A stretch of 64,000 nt of DNA from Lepidodermella squamata (Eukaryota; Animalia; Gastrotricha). The DNA lies in contig JBLDXI010000029.1 of the NCBI GenBank assembly GCA_047495785.1, positions 3,286,001 to 3,350,000 on the forward strand, in the 5' to 3' direction. The notes beneath the pieces were generated by a model. It saw only the letters and a program-made list of their open reading frames with translations. It searched no databases and had not been told where the DNA came from. Numbering within the stretch: position 1 is the first letter of the stretch; each line of letters starts with the position of its first letter. The position numbers and the translations under genes were made by a program. Below are positions 47,202 to 58,834 of the stretch, piece by piece.

Positions 47202-48503
47202 TTATTCTGAAATTAAAGTGATGGGATTAGATTTCATTTTGAAGTTGTTTAGTCTCTGGCTTAGAATCGGGTCGAATCTCATCGCGAAGGTCTCGTCCTT
47301 CTCAGGGATAGGGGTTAGTCCTCCGATCGTTAGCCTATCGAAGAAAATCGTCCTGATTTGATTGTAAGGATCCGCATGATTTTCCCCGAGTTTCAGCTCA
47401 GTTTGCGTTACGTAAGATACATTAGGAGTTCGGACTATTACGTCGCTGATTTGATAGTCAAACGTTGGGTGCTTGTTCCTCCAAGTCCAGTTTAAAACTC
47501 GGCTGTAACCGAGGGTCCTCACTAAATCAGGCTTCGCCGTAGTATTCAAGCTGGAAAATCGCCATGGGTGCACCATTAAGCCGCCGATCAGAGGTTGTGT
47601 GACTACCTTTCGAATTGCCTCTACCATATGCTTCCCGTATGGATCCATGAATCGGTCTGTTGAATGAAATGAAACATAAACAGCTCGCGGTTTGAATCGG
47701 TATAAACAGTCGTTCATTGCACTGCTATCTAGGAAGTATTGATCAACCGCTCGAAAATTCCACGGAATCAAAGTTAAAATTTTCTCATCCAAATATGGCT
47801 TTAAAAAGGACGAAAGCTCTTTAAAGTCTTCATGTGAGACGTAGATAATGAAATGTTCGAAATCGGTCAATCTGTGATATTCAATCCACTCGGGTATTGT
47901 AATAAATTTCCGCCTATCAGTTACAAAGGAGCAACTCGTTAGTGAGAAATTACGAGGCGCGGAATTGAGCTCATTTGAATTAAGGCAGACGTTTTCGTAA
48001 GTTTGTATAATCGAATGTTTCGAAATAGCACGGATGTCTATTTTTTGCCCAGGGTATAAAACGCGGTTTAAATTATCCGAGATGTCAAATTTTAGTATCA
48101 GGGTGTCTAAATGGGTATTTGGCAACTTGCCAACCGCCTTGAAATCGAACCGAATTCCATCAACCGAGCCTCGCCATTTCGAATCCGCCCACCACTTTCG
48201 GTAATTCCAGTAGGTAAATTGCCAGTTTGAAAGTTTCTTCGACGCGAAAATTGCGTATAAAACAGGGTGGCCTTTCCTTGTCGAACGGAATACGCTTAGG
48301 AGATACGGCGCGTTGTTATCTCCAGTAGGAGGCGGGAGATCGGCAATTGAGTTCCTGCTACAGCTTGTCAGGCCAGTTTTTGATTGATTTCGAAATTCCC
48401 TCCTTTCCAGCCATCGTATTATCGGGGCCCATGTTAGATTCGCAGATATCAGTAACAGCACACCTGCTACAATTCTAGCACTTAGAATTCGTTTTTTATT
48501 CAT
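47202..48503 (-). CDS. Divergent GT92-like protein with a degenerate DxD motif, intronless
   Basis: Type II anchor; LTSCS, PEWIEYHRLTDFEHFIIY, AMNDCLYR. The DxDE position reads STDR. Confidence 0.75.
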   Translation of the reverse strand: MNKKRILSARIVAGVLLLISANLTWAPIIRWLERREFRNQSKTGLTSCSRNSIADLPPPTGDNNAPYLLSVFRSTRKGHPVLYAIFASKKLSNWQFTYWNYRKWWADSKWRGSVDGIRFDFKAVGKLPNTHLDTLILKFDISDNLNRVLYPGQKIDIRAISKHSIIQTYENVCLNSNELNSAPRNFSLTSCSFVTDRRKFITIPEWIEYHRLTDFEHFIIYVSHEDFKELSSFLKPYLDEKILTLIPWNFRAVDQYFLDSSAMNDCLYRFKPRAVYVSFHSTDRFMDPYGKHMVEAIRKVVTQPLIGGLMVHPWRFSSLNTTAKPDLVRTLGYSRVLNWTWRNKHPTFDYQISDVIVRTPNVSYVTQTELKLGENHADPYNQIRTIFFDRLTIGGLTPIPEKDETFAMRFDPILSQRLNNFKMKSNPITLISE

Positions 48504-48646
48504 TTTACCTTTAAAATCTTAACTTGATTCCGGCTTTGCGTTACCAAGCCTCCAATTCAAGATTTCTGATTTTGAGAGATGAAGCCAATCCCACGAAGTT
48601 TGGAATAGTCTTGAAATGAGAGGTAAAGTGTCACTGGGGGCCCGAA

Positions 48647-50982
48647 ATGAATTTACGTATTACGCGGCCATTTATTACCCCGGCAATATATTGCTACGTC
48701 ACTTTACGAGGCCTTTTCGAAGCTTTCAGCCCTAAGCCAGTGATTCAAGAAATTCCTCTGCCTCCGATAAATTTCGAAAATTTAACAGCTGAATGCAGTT
48801 CATTTTCGTCGAAATTCACGTCTTGTGGTAAGCAACCACAATGTCTCTACGGCCGAGACGCGATAAGTCAATTTCCCTTTACAAATGCACCGAAATTTGA
48901 CCCGAAAAAAGCTGCAGAGGAGGACGATCAAGACGCGATAACAGAACATATTCGCTCGATATATTATTCAAGGATTAGGCAAAAATTGTCATCGCTATCT
49001 TGCAGGAATTCGGTGTGTCGACCGAAATTTATGGTCTACACGTGTACTGGAGAATGTTGCGGCTGGGGAGATCGGCTACGAGGGATAACTACCATGTTTT
49101 ACGCCGCGCTTCTCACAGATTCAATTATGCTAATCGACGCCAGATATCCGTTGCCGCTTGATCAATTTTTCGTTATAAATACCGAACTTTACGGTGTTCA
49201 TAACGATATTCTGAGGGCCAAGCAGGAAGAGAGGTGTTTGTTGAACCAGCCCGACGCGTTTTATCAAGAGGTGAAGATGAACTCTGACGACGATTTTCGC
49301 GGTGCAGTCGTCAGATTTTACCAGGATTATCTGCCTGATAAGAAGACTAAGGTTGGCGTCAAAGTTCAGACTAATACAATGGTTGGCGTTGGAGAGCTGT
49401 TAGCCAGGCGGGATTTGTTTGGAGAGCTTGCGAAGGTCTATGGACTGCATGAGTACACCAATATACAGTTGGTTTCGGCCGCTACTCGGATTTTAGTTGG
49501 AAAACCGCAGCCGAGGCTTGAAGCTTTCGCTCAACAGGCGTGGCAACGAATTTTCAATCAGCCATATAACAAGTCAACCCCAAAAATTGGTAAGGCTAAG
49601 GGCGAATTTCTGAATATAATGATCACCTGGGACTTAGGACATAGGAACATCCGTTTGAAATATCAATTTGTTAGTTTGCCATTTCTCCCTACCCACTTCA
49701 ATAATTCTCGTGTTTTTGACTGGAAATCGAATATTAGAATTTAAAATTTAATTCCCAACTTTTGGCCCAGCGAACTGGGGAAGGGGGAGGGGGGTACGAT
49801 ACCCTCCATTCCAGTGTGCGAAATAGGATCCGGGAGCTGAGGTGCTTAGCGGTAGGACCTAGCCGAAACAATCAGAGGGGCCCCACTGTGGAGGTTTTTT
49901 TCAGCCGTCCTCTGGTTTCTCCCGGAGTCCCGGAGCTGGGGTGTCGCGACAGTACTTCGCACCCTGTCCCACCCTCCCTCCCCCTTCCTTCATATTGGTT
50001 ATTTAACTGGTTAGGGTTGAGGTTAGGTTTAGGGTTAAAGGCTGGGTCTTAGAGATTTGGTATGTAGTGAATTCAATAGGGTAAACCGCCCTAATTCGGC
50101 AGGAAAACGTTATGGTTACATAAAAACGTCTTCGGCACAAAATTTTACCCAATTCATGAGAAGGCCGAGAAAAAATATTAAAATTGAACGAGTATACAAT
50201 TTGGGCCAGAAAATCCAACTTTTATACAAAATTGCGACAATGATATAACCGGCGCTCACTTGCGTGCGACAGCTGCTGCGCACAAATGGTGCGTCGCCTG
50301 AATTTCTCCTTTTAGGGTTGCGTAATTGATGGTTGGACCCACCTACCCCTAAAAAGAAATTTCAAAATACCTCAAGGCGGCCGAGAACGATCCCGCCAAA
50401 GTCGGACATTTTTTATGCAGAATTAGGGTGGTTTACCCTAATTGGGTAACGAATTCATTACTATACGAAAATAATCCACCTTGCATTTTTTGAATTTTCC
50501 AAGGTATCCACATACGAATCGACACATCTTACAGAGTATTGACGAGCCAACTGCACTGCATAATACCAGAACTTCGCCGTATTATTGCGGAATACAAAAT
50601 GCGGAAGCCGTTGATCTACATTGCAAATGACAACCCTGAAGCCATAAGCAAGCTGATCAGAGCACTGTGGGTGAAGCATAGGATAAAGGCGTACCAACCT
50701 ATCGATGACGTTCGCCACATCGACGGCATTTTAATTGATAAGGAGCCGTGGCTAAGCTGGAATGCGACAAAGCGTTGGGAAATTGTTGCGGCGACGTATC
50801 GCGACTGGTTGTTCCTATCGCGGATGGACTATCTTATTGTGAGTAGGAGCGGATTTTCAGAATCAGCTGCTTACATGTCTCGCGTCCCTACGCGCCGCTT
50901 TTTGCACAAGCACCGCGACAAATGCTTATTCGATGACTTCAACGCAATTCAAAAATGGGAATTCCCTAGCCAAGATACCTAG
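48647..50982 (+). CDS. Fucosyltransferase of the alpha1,2/alpha1,6/O-Fuc superfamily (GT11/23/37-like); exons 48647-49589, 50504-50982
   Basis: CCGWGDRLRGI; motif I GIHIR formed across the phase-1 intron; motif II IYIANDN; motif III DWLFLSRMDYLIVSRSGFS. Confidence 0.8.
50078..50439. mobile_element. MITE in the fucosyltransferase intron
   Basis: TIR AGGGTAAACC(G/A)CCCTAATTC; flanks read as an AAT TSD (or TA if the ends are GGG/CCC). Confidence 0.8.
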
Positions 50983-51673
50983 CCAATAGACTTTTTTACT
51001 GACATTGAACAACAGGAGCACTAGAAATTAATAAAATGACGACCCAGAATCTTATTTTCTCTGCGACTTTCCCCGCTTGAAGAAGTATCAGAGGCATCCA
51101 TTTGTAAGCAAGTGAGCTTATCTGATACTGATTCTCACTATATAGAAAATTCAGGCGATTTCCTAACAAGAATCCCCTATGGCTGGAACGGCTCAAAAAA
51201 GTCAGAACTTTTGGGCAGCATTTTGTCAGAATTCGCCTCAAAACACCCCAGACCTTAGGTAACACATTTTCTTGACAATCTAAGGCGAGCCACAAGAACA
51301 TCGAAAATCTCAATTTTACTTTGGGGTTTCAGATCGAAATTACACATCTCTGCGGCTCCTAAATTCCTAAATTTCCTAAACAATCTTCAAAAATGCATCT
51401 CCATTGTGACCCACTTTTAAGGCTTTCTCACGTCGGGTCGTAAGTTTGTACTAGAAAGCTTGCCAGAGTGACAAGGCAATCCTATTTATCACCGTGAAAG
51501 CTTTTAAAGTTTGTGCATTGTTTAATTCGCCCAATCTACGCGTAATAAAAAAAATAGCTTACGCTTCCCTGCGTCTAGACAAGCCATCTGAGAAAGCATG
51601 GTAATTTGGATTATCCATCGCTTCCAACAATGCTGTCAAGGAATAAGCATATATCCCCCTTAACATTCGAACC

Positions 51674-53056
51674 ATGTTTACAAAAAGGCATTGCTCATTG
51701 GCGATAAGCTCTGCTTTCGTAGCTATCATGGCATTTTGCATGAAATATCCATACCTTGAAAAGCCAATTTGGACACGACGAGTGGAGCCAAAATTAGTGA
51801 GTGCCTTCGCAAAATGCGACTTGCTTCACCAGAAATGGGAGATGAGCAATTTAGCGAAGAGCGCGTCATGCTTCTGCCGGCAACGAGCTCACCTCTACGC
51901 GAGCTATTCCCTGATGAAACTGGCTATGAAGGCTGAACCTCTGATTACGTCCATATTTCATCAAACTGACATACACGGCAATCAAGCTATTTATATCACT
52001 TTGTTACCTAGCCGAATAACGATCAATGGGACTGATTACGATACAGCAGATCCCTACCTGAAATTAGCTTACCGAACGAAATGGCAGGTGACAGCGAGAA
52101 ATGCTGAACGAATTGACTGCGATGCAGTTTCTACGACGCCTGAAACTAACACGAATTACGGGCCTATCATACTCAAATGTCCGATTCTAGGACAACATGT
52201 AACAGCAATAGGAGACATCAGCATTAACAAGTCTGGCTCAACTTTTCTTCACAGCGGAGTTTTGTGTGAGCAGCCTTTAACTCTGCAGAAACCGACTTTG
52301 AATCTAGCGATGTGCACTATGGTGAATGGTTATCATAAATCGCGAATTCCGGAATGGATCGAGTATCACTTATTAATGGGATTCGAACATTTTACTATCT
52401 ACGTCAATGACGCGAATTCATTAGAATTTTACGAATTTTTGAAATATTACCTTGTAAGAGGCGTCATAACGTTGGTGCCCTACGATTTCCACCTTAATTT
52501 CACCGAATTTCACTTTCAACACGCCCAGATTAACGAATGCCTCCATTTGTGGAAGGGCAAGGCGAAATGGGTTGGTTCGATTGATGTCGACGAGTTTTTC
52601 GAGGTTTTCGACGGGAATTTTCTCGATGCGATGGAATCTATTTATTCCGAGAATCCTTTAGTTGGCGGAGTTGGATTTAACACCCAATTTCACGGAAGGA
52701 CGACGAATGCTTCAGAGACTTATATTGGAAATCACATGATATCTCACGTTGTTCGCGACTATACATTTTTACTATCCTTTGCAGAGTACTACACGAGGCA
52801 AAAGGTGTTACTGAGGGCTGATAATGTCGTCTACAGCCTTGTGCATCAAGTGCTTGAGGGTGGCGCCGTGAAATACTTGGACTCTTTCACAGAGGGCAGA
52901 ATTGCGCATTTCAAAGACTTCTACGACAGGCCTCTCAACCCGCCAGACCACCGCAATCCAAACGTTCCAACGGTTCGCAAGCGCTATGGCGATGTTATCG
53001 AACAGAATCTTCAAAAATTTCTGCACTTTTTAGATCAACAGGTGAGAGCAGCGTAG
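51674..53056 (+). CDS. GT92-like glycosyltransferase, intronless (tandem copy A)
   Basis: Type II anchor, LAMCTM, PEWIEYHLLMGFEHFTIY, WVGSIDVDEFF, IAHFK. Confidence 0.85.
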   Translation: MFTKRHCSLAISSAFVAIMAFCMKYPYLEKPIWTRRVEPKLVSAFAKCDLLHQKWEMSNLAKSASCFCRQRAHLYASYSLMKLAMKAEPLITSIFHQTDIHGNQAIYITLLPSRITINGTDYDTADPYLKLAYRTKWQVTARNAERIDCDAVSTTPETNTNYGPIILKCPILGQHVTAIGDISINKSGSTFLHSGVLCEQPLTLQKPTLNLAMCTMVNGYHKSRIPEWIEYHLLMGFEHFTIYVNDANSLEFYEFLKYYLVRGVITLVPYDFHLNFTEFHFQHAQINECLHLWKGKAKWVGSIDVDEFFEVFDGNFLDAMESIYSENPLVGGVGFNTQFHGRTTNASETYIGNHMISHVVRDYTFLLSFAEYYTRQKVLLRADNVVYSLVHQVLEGGAVKYLDSFTEGRIAHFKDFYDRPLNPPDHRNPNVPTVRKRYGDVIEQNLQKFLHFLDQQVRAA

Positions 53057-53657
53057 CATCCGCACCTGGCTGAGCTTTCAATCTCTCCTGCGTTTTGGGA
53101 GGGTCTCTCATTTTGTATTGATAATAAATTTGATGATGTATTGCTTTCGTTGAAGTCTTTATGTGAAAATAGAAAATGGAACAGTGGGCGTAGTAGGATT
53201 CCCGAACTTCGAGCTTGTGCATTCCCATATTGAAATTTCACAAGTCAGAGTTGTTTTACTAGGCCGCTTATTGGCCAAGACATCTAAGCCACCTGCATTG
53301 ACGGAAAGACCCCTTGCGGCTCAATTCCGGGCGCCCGCATTTCCAAGCAGACCCCAATCAGTGGATGAAGCTTGAGAGAGCTCAATGGTGAGAGTGGACT
53401 TTTGCGCAAAATCGTAATTTTTATTACCTGGGCTCTGCTCTGTAGCTTAGTTGTCGATTGTCGAAGCTTGCCAGAGCAACAGGACAATCCTGCTATAATC
53501 AGTCTATCAACGCTTCTGCGTTGTGTTCCATTTTTGAGTAAATAAAAAATAAGCGTGCGCGTCTAGACAAGCCGTGTAAATTTGTCCGTCGGTTCATTCC
53601 ACTTATTATTTCACGCTGATCTCGAAATGAACGCATTTTCCAGTATGAATTCGCAAA

Positions 53658-55043
53658 ATGTTCTCGAAAAATCATTTCGCATTGGCGACAAGCTCGATTT
53701 TAGCTATTATCATCATATTTTGCACGAAATATCCGTACCTTGTAAAGCCAACTTGGACGCGACGTGTGGAGCCGAAACTCATAAAAGCCCTCGAAAAATG
53801 CGACTTGCTTCACCAGAAATGGGAGATGAGCAATTTGGCAAAGAGCGCTTCATGCTTCTGCCGACAACGGGCTCACCTTTACGCCAGCAATTCGCTAATG
53901 AAATTAGCAATGAAGGCTCAACCTTTGATTACGACAATGCTCCATCAAACCGATATTCACGGCAATCACGCTATTTATATCACTCTGCTACCCAGTCGAA
54001 TAACGATTAACGGAACCCATTACGATGCAGCTGATCATTATATCAATTTGGCCTACCTAACGAAATGGCAGGTTACAACGAGAAGCGCGGAAAAAATTCG
54101 CTGCGAGGCAGTTTCTTCGACGCCTGAAACCAATACGAATTACGGGCCTATAATACTAAAATGCCCGATTTCAGGACAAGCTGCTGTAACAACACCACAA
54201 GATATTAGAATTTACAAGTCTGACTCTACATTCCTTTACAGTGGAGTTTTGTGTGAACAACCTTTGATTGTGGAAAAACCGGCTATGAATCTTACGATGT
54301 GTACTATGGTTAATTGGTACCACAAATCCCGTATTCCAGAATGGATCGAATATCACATGTTGATTGGATTTGAACATTTCGCGATCTACGTGAACGATGT
54401 AGATTATCTGGATTTTTTCGAGTTTTTGAAATATTACCTCGTAAGAGGCGTTATCACTTTGGTACCCTATGATTTCCACCTTAATTTTACCGAATTTCAC
54501 TTTCAACACGCCCAGATTAACGAATGCCTCCATTTGTGGAAGGGTCGGGCGAAATGGGTTGGTTCAATTGATTCCGATGAGTTTTTCGAGGTTTTCGACG
54601 GGAATTTCTTGGACAAAATGGAGTCCGTATACGCCGAAAACCCTTTAATAGGCGCAGTAGGATTTTGGACGCAATTTCACGGGAGAACGACAAATGCCAC
54701 GGAGGATCACATCGGGAAACACGTGATTTCCCACGTTGTTCGTGACTATACATTTCTACAATCGTTCGCAGAGTACTACACGAGGCAAAAAGGGCTGCTT
54801 AGGCTCGAAAATATAGTCTACAATCAAATACATCAAGTGCTTGAGGGTGGCGCCGTGAAATACTTGGACTCTTTTACAGAGGGCCGAATTGCGCATTTCA
54901 AAGACTTTTACGACAGGCCTATTAACCCGCCAGACCACCATAATCCAAACATTCCAACGGTTCGCAAGCGCTATGGCGATGTTATCGAACAGAATCTTAA
55001 AAAATTTGAGCAATTTTTGGCTCAGCAACTGAGAGCGATGTAG
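53658..55043 (+). CDS. GT92-like glycosyltransferase, intronless (tandem copy B)
   Basis: Highly similar to 51674-53056 along its whole length; WVGSIDSDEFF. Confidence 0.85.
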   Translation: MFSKNHFALATSSILAIIIIFCTKYPYLVKPTWTRRVEPKLIKALEKCDLLHQKWEMSNLAKSASCFCRQRAHLYASNSLMKLAMKAQPLITTMLHQTDIHGNHAIYITLLPSRITINGTHYDAADHYINLAYLTKWQVTTRSAEKIRCEAVSSTPETNTNYGPIILKCPISGQAAVTTPQDIRIYKSDSTFLYSGVLCEQPLIVEKPAMNLTMCTMVNWYHKSRIPEWIEYHMLIGFEHFAIYVNDVDYLDFFEFLKYYLVRGVITLVPYDFHLNFTEFHFQHAQINECLHLWKGRAKWVGSIDSDEFFEVFDGNFLDKMESVYAENPLIGAVGFWTQFHGRTTNATEDHIGKHVISHVVRDYTFLQSFAEYYTRQKGLLRLENIVYNQIHQVLEGGAVKYLDSFTEGRIAHFKDFYDRPINPPDHHNPNIPTVRKRYGDVIEQNLKKFEQFLAQQLRAM

Positions 55044-55377
55044 CGTCAACAGCTACCTGAGCTTTCAATTCTCTGAGCGTTACTCGGGTTTCTTTTTATA
55101 TGGAAGTAAAGTTATAGTGATGCCTTGCTTTTACCGAATCTGTTTTGATAATGAAGCAAGGATGCGCTAGTACAATAAAAGTGTATTGTTGTAACCTGTA
55201 TCCTGTAACCTATCTGCCGCGCTAAATACTGGATCGTGAATAACTTAGGCAAAAATAACTATGCTTATGCAACTGAACGGCATACGGCAAGAGGCTTGAC
55301 CTTTTATTAAGTTGAAGGATTAACCGTGTGAAATATTACGTTATTATGCTTTTTATACTACGACAGTACGTGTCGCA

Positions 55378-56706
55378 ATGTCACTACCATGCTTGTCCAT
55401 ACTGCTATCAATTATTTTCGTCCCATTTTTTATGATTAATTACGCAATTTTCTCAAATCGAAAATACGTAATGCCCAGGATGACCAAACACCTGGATCGC
55501 GTTCATTACATGCAAGCATTCAGAAATGGAGATATGGACTGTAAAACAATGGAAATTATTCGCATATCCCACAAATACGATTACGACGATGACAAGTATC
55601 GCGAAATTCGCGACTCAATAAATCCTGTATTCGATAAATCTTTAATTTGCGATAACTGCTTCAAACTCCCCGACGTAGACAAATACGGCTGGCCTCAAAG
55701 ATGCGATGACAGCGTAGAAATTTTCCTGGCTATCAGGTCTCCACCTCAACATTTCAAGCATCGGTATGCGATCAGAAATTCTTGGCTATTAAACCATTTG
55801 ATAACCAGCCCGAAAAACCGAATTCGCCACGCATTTTTCGTAGGCCTGCCGCCAGAAATTCGCTGGGAAAAATCGAATTTTGCGCGACTTATTCGGCTGA
55901 AACAATTCTGTGAATTATACAACAGTTGTCGCTACAACGAACCAGAATTTGCGGGGAAGACTAACATCAGCTCTGTCCATATGAAAAATTACTACGCCGC
56001 TGAGAGAAGTCGGGAAAATTACGACAAATTCATCAAATCAACGGCTTATTACCGAAATTTACCGTCGAAAAAGCTGTTCGATCTAATGTTGGGAGAAGCC
56101 GTCTCGAAGAACGATATGGTTTTGAATGAAAATTACGATGATTTTCCTGGGAATGCTCTTAACAAAAGCCTGTCAGCTATGCTTTGGTCGCGGAAATTCT
56201 GCGGAAATTCGAGATTTGTCGTTCTCATTGATGACAATGTATTTCTGTTCCCCGATCGTTTGCGTTTGTTATTGGATCGATTTTCAAATGAAAAGCTATT
56301 CATGGCTGGGAATAGAGTCAGCAGTGTAATTGACCATTTTTCCAAGCCATTTTACGTTATGGGGTCAGATAGTGTTGATTCATTACTTAGCGTCATTCCC
56401 AACCTTAATATCGAGCTTTTATCGAAGAATTCGACTGAAAATGTGATAATCACAGGATTCGCAAGGTCTTTAGCCAGAATAGAAGATCGTCACATTTGCC
56501 ATTTTTCTGTTGGATCTCATGCGTGGCGGACAGTTCAGTACCATGAAATCGAGCCATGGGTTGTAGCAACATTGTCAAATCCAAAAAATTCGCTGTTCAT
56601 CTCTCGGTCTATTTACAACCCGCATAGCCCGAAAAATGACCGGAGGAATCTGGAGCGAGCCCTTGCGACTAACTTGAGCCTACCATTTTACCCTGAAATT
56701 CCTTAA
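55378..56706 (+). CDS. Divergent GT31-family glycosyltransferase, intronless
   Basis: Type II anchor, IRSPPQHFKHRYAIRNSW, AFFVG, a long insertion, then NDMVLNENYD, NKSLSAMLW, FVVLIDDNVF, ENVIITG. Confidence 0.7.
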   Translation: MSLPCLSILLSIIFVPFFMINYAIFSNRKYVMPRMTKHLDRVHYMQAFRNGDMDCKTMEIIRISHKYDYDDDKYREIRDSINPVFDKSLICDNCFKLPDVDKYGWPQRCDDSVEIFLAIRSPPQHFKHRYAIRNSWLLNHLITSPKNRIRHAFFVGLPPEIRWEKSNFARLIRLKQFCELYNSCRYNEPEFAGKTNISSVHMKNYYAAERSRENYDKFIKSTAYYRNLPSKKLFDLMLGEAVSKNDMVLNENYDDFPGNALNKSLSAMLWSRKFCGNSRFVVLIDDNVFLFPDRLRLLLDRFSNEKLFMAGNRVSSVIDHFSKPFYVMGSDSVDSLLSVIPNLNIELLSKNSTENVIITGFARSLARIEDRHICHFSVGSHAWRTVQYHEIEPWVVATLSNPKNSLFISRSIYNPHSPKNDRRNLERALATNLSLPFYPEIP

Positions 56707-57037
56707 TTACTAGTATTTTTCAATAAAAGTGAATTGCTACCTCCGATTCGGCATTTTTTGTTCAATTTCAATTTCTAAATTGTCCCAAAGTAATAAGCTT
56801 TGGCGCGAGTTTCAAATTCACATCAAAATGTTAATTCGGACACACCTCATTGAACAGAAGTGGGAGAGGATTAGAAGCTCGTAATCCTCCGCAGACACAA
56901 TGTGACACGTGTGCGGAGCAGTTTCGTTATGTTAACAATAACAACAAATGGTTCCCTTGTTTGATGCTTTTTAAGGCCTTGAAATGTATGGAATCATCAT
57001 CAGTTGAACCGCTTTGAAAATCCTTCTTCTATAAATC

Positions 57038-57514
57038 ATGAATTGCTTAGTGATTGCCTTGATCATTCTCGGCTGCGTCTCCCTAGCAACCGCCCATCGC
57101 GGCCTTGGTGGTTTGCTCGCCCAACTCAATCACCGAAACAACTCTGGCGGCGGTACTGCTGGTTCTGGCGGCATGCAGTTCAAGTACCAATACATCGGCA
57201 ATCGGTTCAACTTCACAGCGGCTAACGCTCAATGTCGCACGCTGAACGGCATGCTGGCCGTGATTACGAGTTCGTCGCAGAATGAAGCCATCAACAAGGT
57301 CATTCAAGGCAACTGGGTTTGGATTGGCTTGTCGCGTGACAACTCAGCCTGGAAGTGGATCAACGGCCGGTCGATCAGTTCGACGTCGTATTCAGCCTGG
57401 GCGCCTGGCCAGCCGCAGAATGCGGGATCGTCCGGGTGTGCCTACTACAGCAACCTTCAGTGGTACGATACTTATTGCAGTCGTGACATGTTCCCGCTAT
57501 GCCAAATACCGTGA
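57038..57514 (+). CDS. Secreted C-type lectin domain protein 1
   Basis: Signal peptide, Gly-rich linker, F..A...C...GMLAVI, WIGL, WAPGQPQ, C...WYD..C...PLCQ. Confidence 0.9.
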   Translation: MNCLVIALIILGCVSLATAHRGLGGLLAQLNHRNNSGGGTAGSGGMQFKYQYIGNRFNFTAANAQCRTLNGMLAVITSSSQNEAINKVIQGNWVWIGLSRDNSAWKWINGRSISSTSYSAWAPGQPQNAGSSGCAYYSNLQWYDTYCSRDMFPLCQIP

Positions 57515-57904
57515 TTTTACAGAAAACAAGCTATTACTTACCGTTTTTGTTGAGACTTTGTTCAATAAAATAGCTCCATGATGTTGGATTTTGGGTTTTT
57601 CGTGTTAACGCATTCAAACTATCAGGAATCATGAGTAAAGATTCGGAAATGTTTAATCTTACAAATGTTCATCATTGGCAGCAGAATTTACTAATCAGTA
57701 TCATAAAAGGAAAGCTAGCAGCCCTACATCGAAAATTAAGTTTGATAAAATAGGAAATATTTGTTTTCATGATAATTCATGAAGTGCAGAGAAACTTCAA
57801 GTTGTAGGACAAATAGCAACTGAACTCTTGAAAAAATCGCCATCAATATTGCAGAAATAGTAATTTAAATGCTGCCTGCACTCAATACTGCCGAGATCAG
57901 CAAG

Positions 57905-58087
57905 CACAGTGACGCCAAAATTGCCGCGTCTCAAGATAAAATCCAACAATAGCTGAATTGTTGTCTGTTGTCTTCGAGGATGGTTAGGTAAATTAGGACA
58001 GTATGCGAAAAATGAGCCAATTTTGCCGTAAGAATGACTACTTTCTATTTTCAGATGTTTTTAAGACGCAATTTTGGCGTCTCTATG
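57905..58087. mobile_element. Short MITE
   Basis: TIR CA(C/T)AG(T/A)GACGCCAAAATTG, 2-bp AG on both sides. Confidence 0.65.
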
Positions 58088-58834
58088 AGTTTCGACCAGA
58101 GAACTCGAAATAATACTGGGAATGGATACTCGTGCGAGCGAAGCGAGAATATTTGGGAGAAATGATGGTCCAAAAGCTTTAAAGATTGTTTCGCAAATCA
58201 AAAGGGTAACCCCTTTGAAAATTTTCAACGAGAGTCACATAATCTGGGGGCCATTGACGTGTTTGCCTAAGCGAAAGTCCGTCAGTGATCGGAAAGAAAG
58301 GATAAAGTATAAATTTTCATTTCATTTTCTTATCTATCGCAATCCAATTATTTGCCGTGTCTTTTCAAGTTTGAAATTGTGAACTATACGCTTTCAGATT
58401 ACATGCTTGTAATGTAACTTTCTGTTAAGTTTCAAAATTAAACACTTTTGAAAATTGAAAACTTTGTCTTCCAGGCAGAAATATTACTAGTCTTTCCAGA
58501 TAGGAATAAGAAATGGGAGCAGATGATTGTCCAAATTTATCAAGTTTCAATTCACTCTTCAATGATTTGCTTAGCGTAACATTGATAAACATAGCGAACA
58601 GAAAAGTTTACCTTTGTAGCCAGCCAAAATGACCTTGGTCAGGTGACCAGAGGAACCCAATGTGAGACGCGTCACAGGTTGAAACCAAAATTTCCATTGT
58701 TTACATACACAACCTCTGGTGCAATTTTCCGATTCCAATAACTGTATATAGGCCGAAGGTTAAATCATTTTTGCATTTAAAAGCAATCATTTCCTATTCT
58801 CACTTCAATTTTTCGAAAGTTAACTCATTCAATA

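Noticed and set aside
50000-50040. Telomere-like GGTTAG/TTAGGG repeats
   Set aside because: Only 4-5 degenerate units inside an intron; likely part of a repeat element, not a telomere.
52808-55049. Antisense and alternate-frame ORFs over the GT92 genes (also over P4H, GT31 and the lectins)
   Set aside because: Shadow ORFs of real coding sequence; their recurrence simply mirrors the gene duplication.
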